Assembly (NCBI GenBank): GCA_035286125.1
Contig: JAYKIS010000003.1
Location: 6,264 to 70,263 of the forward strand
Reading direction: 5' to 3'
DNA length: 64,000 bases
Source: Candidatus Sericytochromatia bacterium
GTDB lineage: Bacteria; Cyanobacteriota; Sericytochromatia; S15B-MN24; VGJW01
Below are positions 49,014 through 58,616 of this stretch, piece after piece. The position numbers and the translations under genes were made by a program. The number at the start of each line of letters is the position of its first letter. Within the stretch, counting starts at the first letter, position 1. The notes beneath the pieces are model-generated. The model was not told the origin of the DNA, searched no databases, and worked only from the letters and a program-made list of their open reading frames with translations.

Positions 49014-50053
49014 TTCATCTGGTTCGGGGCGAAAAGAGTGGCGCCGAGAAGGATGGGCCCTACAGCATCGATGAGTACGATGCGGCCGAATGGTTGCGCG
49101 ACCAGCTCGAGGTGTGGTTGCCCGCGGAGCTTCGTCCCATGAACCTGACCAGCTTCGAGGGCGGCGGGGCAAGGGTCGTCGAGGTCCAGGCGGCGCTCAG
49201 GACTCCGTCGTTCTTCGGGGATCGGGTCGTGATCGTCCGGAACTGCCATTGGTTCTCTGCATCGGGCAAGGATGCTCCGAACGAGGGGGACAAGGCCGTG
49301 CTTGTCTCGTGGCTGAACGAGCAACGGCCCGAGGCAGGACACCTGGTCCTGCTCGCCGCAGGCTCTCCCAACAAGACGACTCGACAGTACAAGGCCTTCG
49401 CCTCGGCCCTGTCGAACAAGACGGCCGTGGAGCACGTGTTTCCGGGTCCGAATCCCTATAACGACCGAGCGACGGTGGCGTGGCTGGCAAGTCGGGCAGG
49501 CCGCATGGGCCTGAAGCTTCAATCGGGCGTCGCGGAGGCCGTGGTGGCACGAATCGGCCAGGACAAGGGAACGCTGATCCACGAACTGGACAAGCTGACA
49601 GCCTTTGCAGACGGCAGGCCGGTCACCTGCGAAGAGGTCGATCTGCTTTGTCATTCGGAAGAAAGCGAGGTATTCCCGGTCATCGAAGCCCTCCTGGCGT
49701 TTGACCTGCCCGGTGTCCTTGCCGCCTACGACGAGGTCGCGCGCCAGAAGCACCCGCTGGAGTGCCTCGCGACCATGGCGTCGGTCTGGCGCCACTACGT
49801 CTGCTGCAAGGACCTGGCTGGACAGCGGTTAGGTCCCGACAAGATTGCACGCCAGCTCAAGGCTCACCCATTCAAGGTCCAGAAGGATCTCGAGGCCCTC
49901 CGCCACTGGTCCCTCGAGGCGCTGGTCAAGGGCCTCGAGGCGATCGTGGCTTACGATCACGCGCTCAAGCGTGGTCTGGCAGATGACCGGGAGGGGTTTC
50001 ATCTCCTGTTGGCCCGGCTGGTACAGCTGGGCCGCGCGCGCGCCCGGGCCTGA
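49010..50053 (+). CDS. holA: DNA polymerase III delta subunit
   Basis: Family resemblance (N-terminal Rossmann-like domain without P-loop, C-terminal helical domain). GTG start overlapping the uppS stop. Confidence 0.65.
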   Translation: MIHLVRGEKSGAEKDGPYSIDEYDAAEWLRDQLEVWLPAELRPMNLTSFEGGGARVVEVQAALRTPSFFGDRVVIVRNCHWFSASGKDAPNEGDKAVLVSWLNEQRPEAGHLVLLAAGSPNKTTRQYKAFASALSNKTAVEHVFPGPNPYNDRATVAWLASRAGRMGLKLQSGVAEAVVARIGQDKGTLIHELDKLTAFADGRPVTCEEVDLLCHSEESEVFPVIEALLAFDLPGVLAAYDEVARQKHPLECLATMASVWRHYVCCKDLAGQRLGPDKIARQLKAHPFKVQKDLEALRHWSLEALVKGLEAIVAYDHALKRGLADDREGFHLLLARLVQLGRARARA

Positions 50054-50753
50054 GCCCCAGCTTCAAGGCCACCTTGGACGCCACCTGGCGCAGCAAGGCC
50101 GCCTCCTCGTCCGAAAAGGCAAGGCGGGCCAGCAACCGGCGGGCCGTCATGAGCTTCTTGGACCTGTGGTGGTCCCGCAAGACGCCCAGGGCCACGAGGG
50201 CCGACTCGAGGCGATCATCGATGCGAAACCGATGGCGAAGGCGGCCATCAGGAACCTGCACCACTGGCGCCCCTGTCCGCATCCTCGAGAACTCCCACCC
50301 CAGCAACAACACGGCCTGTGCAAGGTTGAAGGATTCGCCCGGCCTGCGCGAAGGCAGGCGGACGCACTGGTCGCAACGCCGAAGCATCTCGGTGGAAAGG
50401 CCGTACTTTTCGGACCCGAACAGCAGGGCAACACGCCCGGGCACGGTCCCCGCAAGCGCCACCGCCCCTTCAGGGTCCAGCGGCGGCAGGTCATCGGTCT
50501 TGGGGCGTGCCGAAGTCCCGATCACCAGATCGCAGCCCTCGAGGGCCGACTCCAGATCTTCGGTCTCCCGGAAGCCATCCAGGACGTCGGGCACGTGGAC
50601 GGCCATCATGCGGGCTTCGGGCTGATTCTTCAGGCCAGATGAGCCCACGATCACGACGTCTGCCAGGCCGAGATGCGCGACTGCACGGGCAATCGACCCC
50701 AGATTCCCGGGCACGCCGGGCTGATGCAGCACGATCCTCAGACGCTCACGCAT
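49965..50753 (-). CDS. SpoU/TrmH-family RNA 2'-O-methyltransferase (TrmJ-like)
   Basis: RIVLHQPGVPGNLGSIARAVAHLGLADVVIVG SPOUT signature. Start at internal ATG 50753. 89-nt convergent overlap with holA. Confidence 0.7.
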   Translation of the reverse strand: MRERLRIVLHQPGVPGNLGSIARAVAHLGLADVVIVGSSGLKNQPEARMMAVHVPDVLDGFRETEDLESALEGCDLVIGTSARPKTDDLPPLDPEGAVALAGTVPGRVALLFGSEKYGLSTEMLRRCDQCVRLPSRRPGESFNLAQAVLLLGWEFSRMRTGAPVVQVPDGRLRHRFRIDDRLESALVALGVLRDHHRSKKLMTARRLLARLAFSDEEAALLRQVASKVALKLGLRPGRARGPAVPAGPTGDETPPGHLPDHA

Positions 50754-50788
50754 CGCGCCCTCCCAGGGACCAAAGGTATCATGGACCC

Positions 50789-51430
50789 ATGGACCGGCGT
50801 GGGGAAGTTGCGGCTCGCCTGGCTGGGGGCAAGCTTGTTGCGGTGCTGCGGACCGGCATGGCGGACGAGGCCATATGGCTTGGCGAATGCCTGCTCGATC
50901 TCGGTTGGCCGGCCATCGAGGTGACGTGGACGATTCCCGATCCGGGCCGGGTACTACGCCATCTGGCGGAACGTGCACTCCAGGGAGCGACCCTGGTAGG
51001 TGCAGGCACGATTCGCAACAGACCCGATGCCCTCGAAGCCATTGCCGCCGGCGCCCGGTACCTGGTCAGTCCGGCGCGGCCCGCGGGACTGGCCGATTTG
51101 GCACACCACCATGACCTGCCCGTCGTCCTCGGGGCCCTCACGCCCCACGAGATCCACGAGGCAATCGAGGAAGGGGCTGACTTCGTGAAGATTTTCCCCA
51201 TCCACCGCGTTGGCGGGGCCGGGTACCTTCGTGACGTTCGCGCGCCGTTCCCCGACCTGCGAGCCTTCGCATCCGGGGGCATCGAGCCAGGTGATGCCGG
51301 AGCCTATCTGCAGGCGGGAGCGACCGTCGTCAGCCTGGGCCAGACCCTGACACCCGGCGACACCCTCGGTTGTCGCAGTGCCGAACGCGTGGCTGCGTGT
51401 GTGGCAACGGCCCGCGCATCCCTCGCCTAG
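50789..51430 (+). CDS. eda: KDPG/KHG aldolase
   Basis: IEVT, GAGTI and KIFP motifs. Start at internal ATG 50789. Confidence 0.8.
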   Translation: MDRRGEVAARLAGGKLVAVLRTGMADEAIWLGECLLDLGWPAIEVTWTIPDPGRVLRHLAERALQGATLVGAGTIRNRPDALEAIAAGARYLVSPARPAGLADLAHHHDLPVVLGALTPHEIHEAIEEGADFVKIFPIHRVGGAGYLRDVRAPFPDLRAFASGGIEPGDAGAYLQAGATVVSLGQTLTPGDTLGCRSAERVAACVATARASLA

Positions 51431-52146
51431 CGTCCCCTCGGCCGCTCGGGATCCACCTCCAGGCGCAAGCCCTGCCCGCGAATCGACAGCAAATGCACGG
51501 GACGGGCGGGATCCGGCTCGACCAGCCGGCGCAGGCGCATCACGAAGTTGTCGATCGTGCGGGTGGCACCTCCGGAAGGAAATCCCCAGACCGCCTCCAT
51601 CAAGGCATCGCGACCCACGATCCGTCCCTTGGCCTCGAAAAGGTGGCGCAGCAGGCGCAATTCCAGAGAGGTCAACCGGACCTGTTCATCCCCACGCAAC
51701 ACCTCACCACGCGCGAAGTCCACCTCACATTGTCCGATGCGCAGCTTGCCAACGGCCTCGGCAGGGGCTTCCCGATGCCAATCCTGACGTCTGAGCAAGG
51801 ATGAAATCCGAGCCAGCAACTCCTCGAGGTTGAAGGGCTTGGTGACATAGTCATCCGCACCCACATGCAAGCCAAGGACCTTCTCTCGGTCGAAGCCTCG
51901 TGCCGTCAGCATCAGGATAGGCGTGCGGACACCCGATGCGCGCCAGCCCCGGCACAGGTCGATGCCGCTCAAGCCCGGAAGCATGACGTCCAGCACGATC
52001 AGATCCGGATGGTCCCCTCCCCGGATCAACTGGTCGGCAGCCTCGCCGTCCACGACGACGGAGACCTCATGGCCCTCCGTGACAAGGTTGTAGCGCAAAC
52101 CCTGGGCGATGTGCGCCTCATCCTCGACGATCAGGATTCTCGCCAT
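51427..52146 (-). CDS. OmpR/PhoB-family response regulator
   Basis: Receiver domain (D at LIVLDVMLPG) plus winged-helix output (RLLRHL..., VWG). Confidence 0.9.
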   Translation of the reverse strand: MARILIVEDEAHIAQGLRYNLVTEGHEVSVVVDGEAADQLIRGGDHPDLIVLDVMLPGLSGIDLCRGWRASGVRTPILMLTARGFDREKVLGLHVGADDYVTKPFNLEELLARISSLLRRQDWHREAPAEAVGKLRIGQCEVDFARGEVLRGDEQVRLTSLELRLLRHLFEAKGRIVGRDALMEAVWGFPSGGATRTIDNFVMRLRRLVEPDPARPVHLLSIRGQGLRLEVDPERPRGR

Positions 52147-53080
52147 CCATCCTCCCTGGCAGGCTCACCGTGAAGACGGCCCCGCGTCCGACACCCGGAC
52201 TCGCGGCCTCGATGTTTCCCCCCATGCCCACCACCATCGAGCGTGCGAGATAGAGGCCAAGGCCTATTCCCTTGCGCCGTCGCGTCATCTCGTCTCCCAA
52301 CCTGACGAATCGACGGAAAATCCGACGCTCGTTGCCCGGAGCCCAACCGATACCCTGATCCGCAATCACGAGGGCAATCTGGCCTGGAACCTTGCCCTCG
52401 CGCAGCGTCAGGACCACCTCAATCCGATCATCGGGGCTGTACTTGACCGCATTCTCAAGCAGGTTCGTACAGACCAGATCGAGCGCATCGGCATCGGCGC
52501 GGACCCAGGCTTCGCGATCCGGCAACCGGATGCAGGCATCCGCCAGTCGCAAACGCAGCCGCAGACGGCCGGTCAGGTCGGCAAGCAACTGGCGCATCGG
52601 CACATCTTCGAGTCGATAGGACCGCGAGCCGGCTTCAAGCCTGCCGGCCTCGAGGACGCGCTCGACCAGAATCTGCAAGCGGTCGCAGTCGTCGGCCATC
52701 ATGCCCAGGAACATCCGGGCCTCGTCGGCAGGAACCTCCTTGCGCCTCAAGGTATCGAGCGCGAGGCGCAGAGACGTCAGGGGACTGCGGAACTCGTGGG
52801 TAACGGCGTCCATCACGTTCTGCTGCAGCTGGTTGGCCCTGATCTGCTGGGCAAGAAACACGACGTACAGGACCAACCCGGCAATAACGGCGAGGAAGAG
52901 CAGGGTTCCGGCCACCAGCATCAGCGTCCGGCCCCACGAACCCGGCTCGAAGACCCGTTGCCAGGTGCCGGAGTCCTGCAAAAGCGCGAGGTTCCAAGTC
53001 GTGCCCAGCAGGATGACGATCAGGATCAGCAGGACCCCGAAGACAATCGGGGGCACGATGGACTGGCGCCACGCCCTCAT
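52118..53080 (-). CDS. Sensor histidine kinase with minimal (~25 aa) periplasmic loop
   Basis: Two N-terminal TM helices. H-box HEFRSPL, N/G boxes NLLENAVKY and DQGIG. No extracytoplasmic sensor domain. Confidence 0.9.
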   Translation of the reverse strand: MRAWRQSIVPPIVFGVLLILIVILLGTTWNLALLQDSGTWQRVFEPGSWGRTLMLVAGTLLFLAVIAGLVLYVVFLAQQIRANQLQQNVMDAVTHEFRSPLTSLRLALDTLRRKEVPADEARMFLGMMADDCDRLQILVERVLEAGRLEAGSRSYRLEDVPMRQLLADLTGRLRLRLRLADACIRLPDREAWVRADADALDLVCTNLLENAVKYSPDDRIEVVLTLREGKVPGQIALVIADQGIGWAPGNERRIFRRFVRLGDEMTRRRKGIGLGLYLARSMVVGMGGNIEAASPGVGRGAVFTVSLPGRMDGENPDRRG

Positions 53081-53099
53081 CGGTTGGCCCGGTCAGGCT

Positions 53100-55799
53100 T
53101 CAGGAGCCCGGCCGCCGCTTGCGCAGCGTATCCTCTGCTGACTCACGGTCGCGCCCCATGAGGCGCCCCCAGAGGTCAATCGGGCGCTCCTCGCCGGGGG
53201 GCGGCGGAGGAGTCAGGGGTGGCTGGACCTGCTGGGCATGCATGCTGGGCGTCGGCGCCTGTTGGACGGGCCTGGTGTCAGACAGGCCACGAGCCTGCCC
53301 CTTGAGCCAGTCAATCTCCTGCATCGTGCGCGACTCGGCCTGATGGACCGTCTGGTTGAGACTCTGCATCAACTGGAGCACCTGTTGCACACGCTGCGCG
53401 AGGCGTTGGTTCTCCTGCTGCAAGGTGATGAACTGAATCTGTTGCTGTTCCAGCATCGGCGTGGCCTGGTGGACGTGGCTCAGTTCGCGTTGGACCTGCT
53501 GCAACAACTGCTGACGATCCTCGCGCTGGTCGCGGATCATCTGGTCCATCCTGCCGCGCAACTCCTCGACCTCTCGGTCCCGCTGGGCAAGCAGTGCCCT
53601 GAGATCCGTGACTTCCTGACGCATCTGCCCCAGCTGTCCCTGGGGCACCAGGCGATCATGCACCTGGCGCAGGGATTCCCGCTGGTGAATCTCGGCCTGC
53701 AGAATCTGCTGCCCGACACCATCCAGATCCCGGCCCAGTTGCTCCATTCGGCCTGCCGCGTGGACCGAAAGCTCCTCGAGCCTGGTGGCGAACTGCTGGA
53801 CCATCCGCTCGATCTCCCGCCGTCCGGCGCGATCTTCTTCACGGGCATCGTCGACGTGCTGACGCCGCTGGGCGGCCTCATCCCCTAACTCGGCCCGTAG
53901 TTGGCGCCGCGCCTCGTCCACGGCCTTCCGCAACTCGGCAAGCTCGCCACGCAGCATCTCGAACTCGGCGCGACTGTGGTCGGCAGCCTGCCTGAGCGCC
54001 TGCCCGACGCCATCGACCCGGGTTCCCATGGCCTCGACACCGGCCTCCTGGTTGGCCATGCGGCGCGCCATCGCCTCAGCCTGCTCGCGAAGGCGCAGTT
54101 CGGCCTCGGTCGATTTGGCGTCCGTACCGCGCCAGCGCAGTTCCACGGCAGCAAGATCCTGATCGAAACGCCCAAGTCGGGCATGCTGCTCCGCCAAGTC
54201 GCGCTCGCGCGCCTCCTGAAGGTCCTGGAAACGTCCCAGCAGTTCCTTGAAGCCGGAACGCTGAGCCTCAGTCGCCTCATGGGTCTTGCGCTCCAGGTCT
54301 TCCACGTTGCCCAGCATCCGCTGGAAGAGGCGATCCAGGCCGCGCTCGAGTACGCGGTCCAATTCACCCCGCGTGACAAGAACCTCTTCAGGCCGGACCC
54401 CACGGCGAACGCCCTGTGGCACCGGGGGCTGCTCCCCCCGCGCACGCGCCTTGAGCTCCTCGGCAACGGGCCTTGGCGGTGGCGCCACCGACAAGTCCAG
54501 GTCCTGAAGATCGACCTCCGTCATATCCAGCCCTGCGGCCTCCGGCGTCCCCTGCGCCTCAGGCGAACCGACGGCAGCGCCTTCGTCATCCTGTACACGG
54601 GCGGCAGACGCAGCCGGAACCAGGCCCTCGAGGGGATCCCCCTCGTCACGAGCCAACGCATCCAGGTAATCCACGGCCCCCATGTCCGGAACCTGGGTCC
54701 GGCCATGCTTCCGACGGCGCTGCTTGCGACGCTGGCGACGGCCATGCGCCAGGAGAAAGCCACCGACGACCACCGCAAGACCAAGTGGAGCCGCCACCAT
54801 CCAACGTTCCCGGACCATCGCGAGGACATTGCGGGACGGGGCGGCCTGGACCAAGGCCGGCTCAGGAAGCGACAGACTGCGTTCCGCCCCCTCGGGCAAG
54901 GTATCGGCCTGGATGACCAGATAAAGGGGCAGAACCCCTACGGGTGCAACCTGAAATTGCTTGCCCGTCGCCTTGACTTCGGTCTGACCAGAGGGCATCA
55001 GGCCACGGAAGACGGCAGCCTGGTCACGGGACAGAAGGCCCGAATGGACAACCGCCTCGCCCTCGCGATCGAGAAGCACCGAGCGCGCACCGGCCGGTGT
55101 CGCCTCGATGGCCTTGGCCAGATCCATCCAGGGCACGACGGTCGCCACGACTCCCTGCTGGGCACCAGGCACCGCAATCAACAGGCCATCGGGGACAGGC
55201 ATGGTCAACGAACCGGAACGCGCCTCCTCCAGCCTGGCAACCTCGAGCCCGCTCTCCTGAGCCGGGATCGAGCGCCAGCCAGAACCGGACTTCTGGTAGA
55301 AGACCAAGGGCAGCGCGGCACCCGCCGGACCAACCACGCGGGGCATCTTGCCCTCGAACCCCGCAGCACCCAGGGCTGCGGCCTCCTGCAGACGCAGTTC
55401 GATGCGACGAACCCACGCATCGAGCTCCTCAGCGAGGTCTGCCGCAAGGGCACGCTCCTCGGGATCGGAAGCATCCCCTTCGGCCCGCGCCCCCTTGCCC
55501 GGCGACGCCAATTCCTGCTGACCGACAGCCGACCGCCCGGAGGCGGCCTCCGTCACGCTGGCACCACCCGAGAGATCAGGCGCGGAACCGGACGCGGGGG
55601 GGGCGGCCAGTTCCGCAGCAGGAGCAGCATCGGGCACCGTGAGGGTGGCCGGACGCTCCCCCGCGCGGACTGTCGCGCCCGGGACCGGACGCAGGGGCTC
55701 GGCCAAGACCGGCATCGCGACCATCGGCACCGTGCCCGCAAGGACGAGCCACCCCGCAGCCTTGCCGGCCCAGCACAGCCCAGACCATCCCGCTCGCAT
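53100..55799 (-). CDS. Membrane protein: signal peptide, ~340 aa periplasmic Cache-like domain, one TM helix, ~500 aa cytoplasmic coiled coil
   Basis: GGAGG RBS. Signal peptide (cleavage near VLA/EP). TM helix followed by RRQRRKQRRRKHGR. Long heptad-like Q/E/R/L-rich region. No enzymatic output domain. Confidence 0.55.
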   Translation of the reverse strand: MRAGWSGLCWAGKAAGWLVLAGTVPMVAMPVLAEPLRPVPGATVRAGERPATLTVPDAAPAAELAAPPASGSAPDLSGGASVTEAASGRSAVGQQELASPGKGARAEGDASDPEERALAADLAEELDAWVRRIELRLQEAAALGAAGFEGKMPRVVGPAGAALPLVFYQKSGSGWRSIPAQESGLEVARLEEARSGSLTMPVPDGLLIAVPGAQQGVVATVVPWMDLAKAIEATPAGARSVLLDREGEAVVHSGLLSRDQAAVFRGLMPSGQTEVKATGKQFQVAPVGVLPLYLVIQADTLPEGAERSLSLPEPALVQAAPSRNVLAMVRERWMVAAPLGLAVVVGGFLLAHGRRQRRKQRRRKHGRTQVPDMGAVDYLDALARDEGDPLEGLVPAASAARVQDDEGAAVGSPEAQGTPEAAGLDMTEVDLQDLDLSVAPPPRPVAEELKARARGEQPPVPQGVRRGVRPEEVLVTRGELDRVLERGLDRLFQRMLGNVEDLERKTHEATEAQRSGFKELLGRFQDLQEARERDLAEQHARLGRFDQDLAAVELRWRGTDAKSTEAELRLREQAEAMARRMANQEAGVEAMGTRVDGVGQALRQAADHSRAEFEMLRGELAELRKAVDEARRQLRAELGDEAAQRRQHVDDAREEDRAGRREIERMVQQFATRLEELSVHAAGRMEQLGRDLDGVGQQILQAEIHQRESLRQVHDRLVPQGQLGQMRQEVTDLRALLAQRDREVEELRGRMDQMIRDQREDRQQLLQQVQRELSHVHQATPMLEQQQIQFITLQQENQRLAQRVQQVLQLMQSLNQTVHQAESRTMQEIDWLKGQARGLSDTRPVQQAPTPSMHAQQVQPPLTPPPPPGEERPIDLWGRLMGRDRESAEDTLRKRRPGS

Positions 55800-55887
55800 G
55801 TCGAAACCTCCGGATATTCCAGACCATCATGCGGAGGCGGGTGCGAGCAGGCGGTATGCTCCGTCACCCCTATCGTACCCGCAGGTG

Positions 55888-56160
55888 TCAGGTTCCCCGA
55901 AGCGTCCCCAGGTAGAGCAGGCTCGTCAGTTTGCCCGATTCGGCCTCGGAGAGGGCCCAACGGAGGTCCTCCTCGCCAGCGTAGGCCTGGACGGTGCAGC
56001 GCCCGCCCAGCACGAAATCCAGCAACTGGCCCTGAGCGTCCTGATCCTCGATGCGGCCCGCGTGGAAGGCATCACGAATGGCGGCTACCTCGGGCGAGCA
56101 GGACAGTTGGTAGGCCAACTCCTCGAGCGGGATTCGGTGCGTACGGGTTACCAGAGGCAT
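55888..56160 (-). CDS. Small hypothetical protein (about 90 aa)
   Basis: Internal ATG start. Follows the secreted protein gene by 10 nt. No homology recognised. Confidence 0.35.
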   Translation of the reverse strand: MPLVTRTHRIPLEELAYQLSCSPEVAAIRDAFHAGRIEDQDAQGQLLDFVLGGRCTVQAYAGEEDLRWALSEAESGKLTSLLYLGTLRGT

Positions 56161-56170
56161 GACGTCTCCC

Positions 56171-56725
56171 TCACGGCCGACGGGTTGGCACTGCCCCGGC
56201 AAGGCTGGTGGCTGACGCCCGCCAATAGAGCGTACCCGCGTGGGTGGCGAGGCCATCGCGCAGGCTCGAAGGCGGCTCCTCGAGCAACTCCAGCGCAATA
56301 CGCGCACCCCGCAGATCAAGGGTCGGCATCCGGACGCCCCCGTGGCGGATCCGATCCCGCATGCCGAGCAGCATCTGGTTCAGCGTCTCACCGTGACGAA
56401 GTCCCGTGGCCTCGACGAGCAACCGGGCGAGGATGCCGATCGGCACTTGGTCCCCGACCTGCTCCGGCCACTCGACCTCGACGACTTGTTCGCGCAGGAT
56501 TCCGCGTGCGGGGTTTGCCCGAACCGCGACCACGAGGCCCGCGATGCGCCCCGCCCACATTCGGGAAGGTGCCATACCCGGCACGTCATGCATCGTGGCC
56601 AGGGGCAATGCCTTGAGATATCGGTCCAACAGCCCCACGTCCCTGCCGAGTCTCGCCTCGGCAGGTCGCGCCATCGCGGCAAGCACGAGGGCCACCGCCA
56701 GGACCGCCCGTTTCCGGACCCTCAA
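56171..56725 (-). CDS. Secreted hypothetical protein
   Basis: Probable TTG start in a TTGA overlap with the nth stop, GGGGG upstream. Signal peptide RVRKRAVLAVALVLAAMARPAEA. Confidence 0.4.
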   Translation of the reverse strand: MRVRKRAVLAVALVLAAMARPAEARLGRDVGLLDRYLKALPLATMHDVPGMAPSRMWAGRIAGLVVAVRANPARGILREQVVEVEWPEQVGDQVPIGILARLLVEATGLRHGETLNQMLLGMRDRIRHGGVRMPTLDLRGARIALELLEEPPSSLRDGLATHAGTLYWRASATSLAGAVPTRRP

Positions 56726-57372
56726 GGAACCGCCCCCGGACAGTCTGCTGCCAGCGAACACGACGCACAGCGCGGCTTTCGGGCCATACAGACCCTGCGC
56801 CCGTGCAGGATCAGCCAATGGTGCCCTTCGGCCCAGGATTCCCGCGGGAGTCGAAGCTCCAGATCCTCCTCGACGCCCAACACATCCCCGGCCCGCGACA
56901 AGCCAAGGCGCCGGGCCACCCGGAAGACATGGGTGTCGACGGCCAGTGCGGGCACACCGAAGGCCTGCGCCAGGACGACATTGGCGGTTTTCCTGCCCAC
57001 TCCCGGGAGGGCCTCCAGCGCCTCACGGGAATCCGGTACCTCGCCCTGGTGGTGTTCCACGAGCATGCCCGCCATCGCCACGAGGTTCCTGGACTTGGCG
57101 GGCCAGAGGCCGCAGGAGCGGATGAGGTCGGCCACCTCGGCGACGTCCGCCGAGGCGAGGGCGTGGGCATCGGGAAACCTTCGGAACAGGCCGGGCGTGA
57201 CCAGATTGACACGGACATCCGTGCACTGTGCCGAAAGAATCACGGCACACAGCAGTTCGTAGGGATTGCCGAAGACCAACTCCGTTCGCGCATCCGGGTA
57301 GGCGTCGGCCAAGGCCTGCCAGACACGCGCGACTCGCGCCCGTTCGTCGGGACGTGGACGCCAGCGCTTCAA
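56722..57372 (-). CDS. nth: Endonuclease III
   Basis: HhH-GPD motif (LPGVGRKTANVVL), catalytic D, and C-x6-C-x2-C-x5-C 4Fe-4S cluster. Probable TTG start overlapping the cinA TGA, giving 217 aa. Confidence 0.85.
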   Translation of the reverse strand: MKRWRPRPDERARVARVWQALADAYPDARTELVFGNPYELLCAVILSAQCTDVRVNLVTPGLFRRFPDAHALASADVAEVADLIRSCGLWPAKSRNLVAMAGMLVEHHQGEVPDSREALEALPGVGRKTANVVLAQAFGVPALAVDTHVFRVARRLGLSRAGDVLGVEEDLELRLPRESWAEGHHWLILHGRRVCMARKPRCASCSLAADCPGAVP

Positions 57373-58616
57373 GGCTGCGGCCCCATGGCCAGCCAGAGCG
57401 CGCGCAGGGCGGACCGTGCCGCCCGCAACTTGACAGCCGCTCGATCGACACCGGGGAAGCGATGGGTCCAACTGCCGCAAAATCCATCCGGACCTTCGAG
57501 GGCCAGATGAACCAACCCTGCTTCCTCGCCCGGGCGGCCACCCTCCGGCCCGGCCCATCCCGTCGTTGCCAGACCCCACGTCGCACCATGCAACGCGCGG
57601 GCCTGCCGTGCCATGGCCTGGCTGACCTCGGGGCTGACGTGGCCCGCACGCGCAACCAGTTCCGGGTCCAACCCCAGTTGCCGCGTCTTGTGACCCACGG
57701 AGTAGGCGACTGCCCCACCCAGGAACCAGGCGGAACTGCCGGGAACATCCGTCAACAGGCTGGCGAGAAGTCCACCCGTGACACTCTCGGCGGTGGCCAG
57801 GGTTTCGCCGCGCTGGCCAAGGCGCCTTGCCACGGCGTCCGCCAACGCATCGTCGCCCTCGCCATGCACCAGGTCCCCGAGTCGCAGCCGGACCCCGGCC
57901 ACGAGCGAGGCCAATCTCTCCTCCGCAACCAGGGGTTCTGCCGCCGCCACGGCTATGTGGACCTCGACCTCACCCTCGCCGGCATAGGTGCCGAGGCGAC
58001 ATGCCGGATCATCGAACAGCACGGCGATGCGATCGGCGACCTCCCGCTCACCGGCGCCGGAGGTGCGCAGGACGTGCAACGCGACGTGCTGGTCGGAACC
58101 GGAGCGCAAGCATGGCAGGACCTCACCAAGCCACATGCGCCTGAACTCCGCAGGCACACCGGGAAGCGCCCAGATTTCGAGTCCCGTCGGACCGACCAGA
58201 TGGAACCCCGGGGCCGTCCCTACCGGGTTCGGCAGCACCGCAGCCCCCCTGGGCAGGGTCGCAAGCCTCGTGTCGGCTTCCACAAGCTCGCGCCGCCTCA
58301 AGGCCACCTGACGCACCACCTGCGCGTGGGCTATGGGATGGAGCTCGAGCGGAACCCCTGCCCAGGCCGCCACACCCTCGCGCGTCAGGTCATCGGGCGT
58401 AGGCCCGAGGCCACCAGTCAGGACGACACCCCTGACGCCTGCGGCCGACTCCGCCTCCAGCGCGGCCCGAATGGCCAAAACGTCGTCGGAGACCACCCGC
58501 GCTGAACGCAACGGCAGGCCATGCACCGCGAGATCACGCCCCACCTGTACCAAGTGGCGATCGAGGACGCGCCCCGTCAGCAGTTCATCACCGATGGCGA
58601 CGAAGGCAAGGCTCAC
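57369..58616 (-). CDS. cinA: CinA: MoCF-like domain plus C-terminal NMN deamidase (PncC) domain
   Basis: MSLAFVAIGDELLTGRVLD start. Two-domain architecture. Confidence 0.9.
   Translation of the reverse strand: MSLAFVAIGDELLTGRVLDRHLVQVGRDLAVHGLPLRSARVVSDDVLAIRAALEAESAAGVRGVVLTGGLGPTPDDLTREGVAAWAGVPLELHPIAHAQVVRQVALRRRELVEADTRLATLPRGAAVLPNPVGTAPGFHLVGPTGLEIWALPGVPAEFRRMWLGEVLPCLRSGSDQHVALHVLRTSGAGEREVADRIAVLFDDPACRLGTYAGEGEVEVHIAVAAAEPLVAEERLASLVAGVRLRLGDLVHGEGDDALADAVARRLGQRGETLATAESVTGGLLASLLTDVPGSSAWFLGGAVAYSVGHKTRQLGLDPELVARAGHVSPEVSQAMARQARALHGATWGLATTGWAGPEGGRPGEEAGLVHLALEGPDGFCGSWTHRFPGVDRAAVKLRAARSALRALWLAMGPQP

Noticed and set aside
53901-56162. 753-aa plus-strand ORF
   Set aside because: Antisense to the coiled-coil membrane protein. 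Arg/Pro/Gly-rich, no domains.
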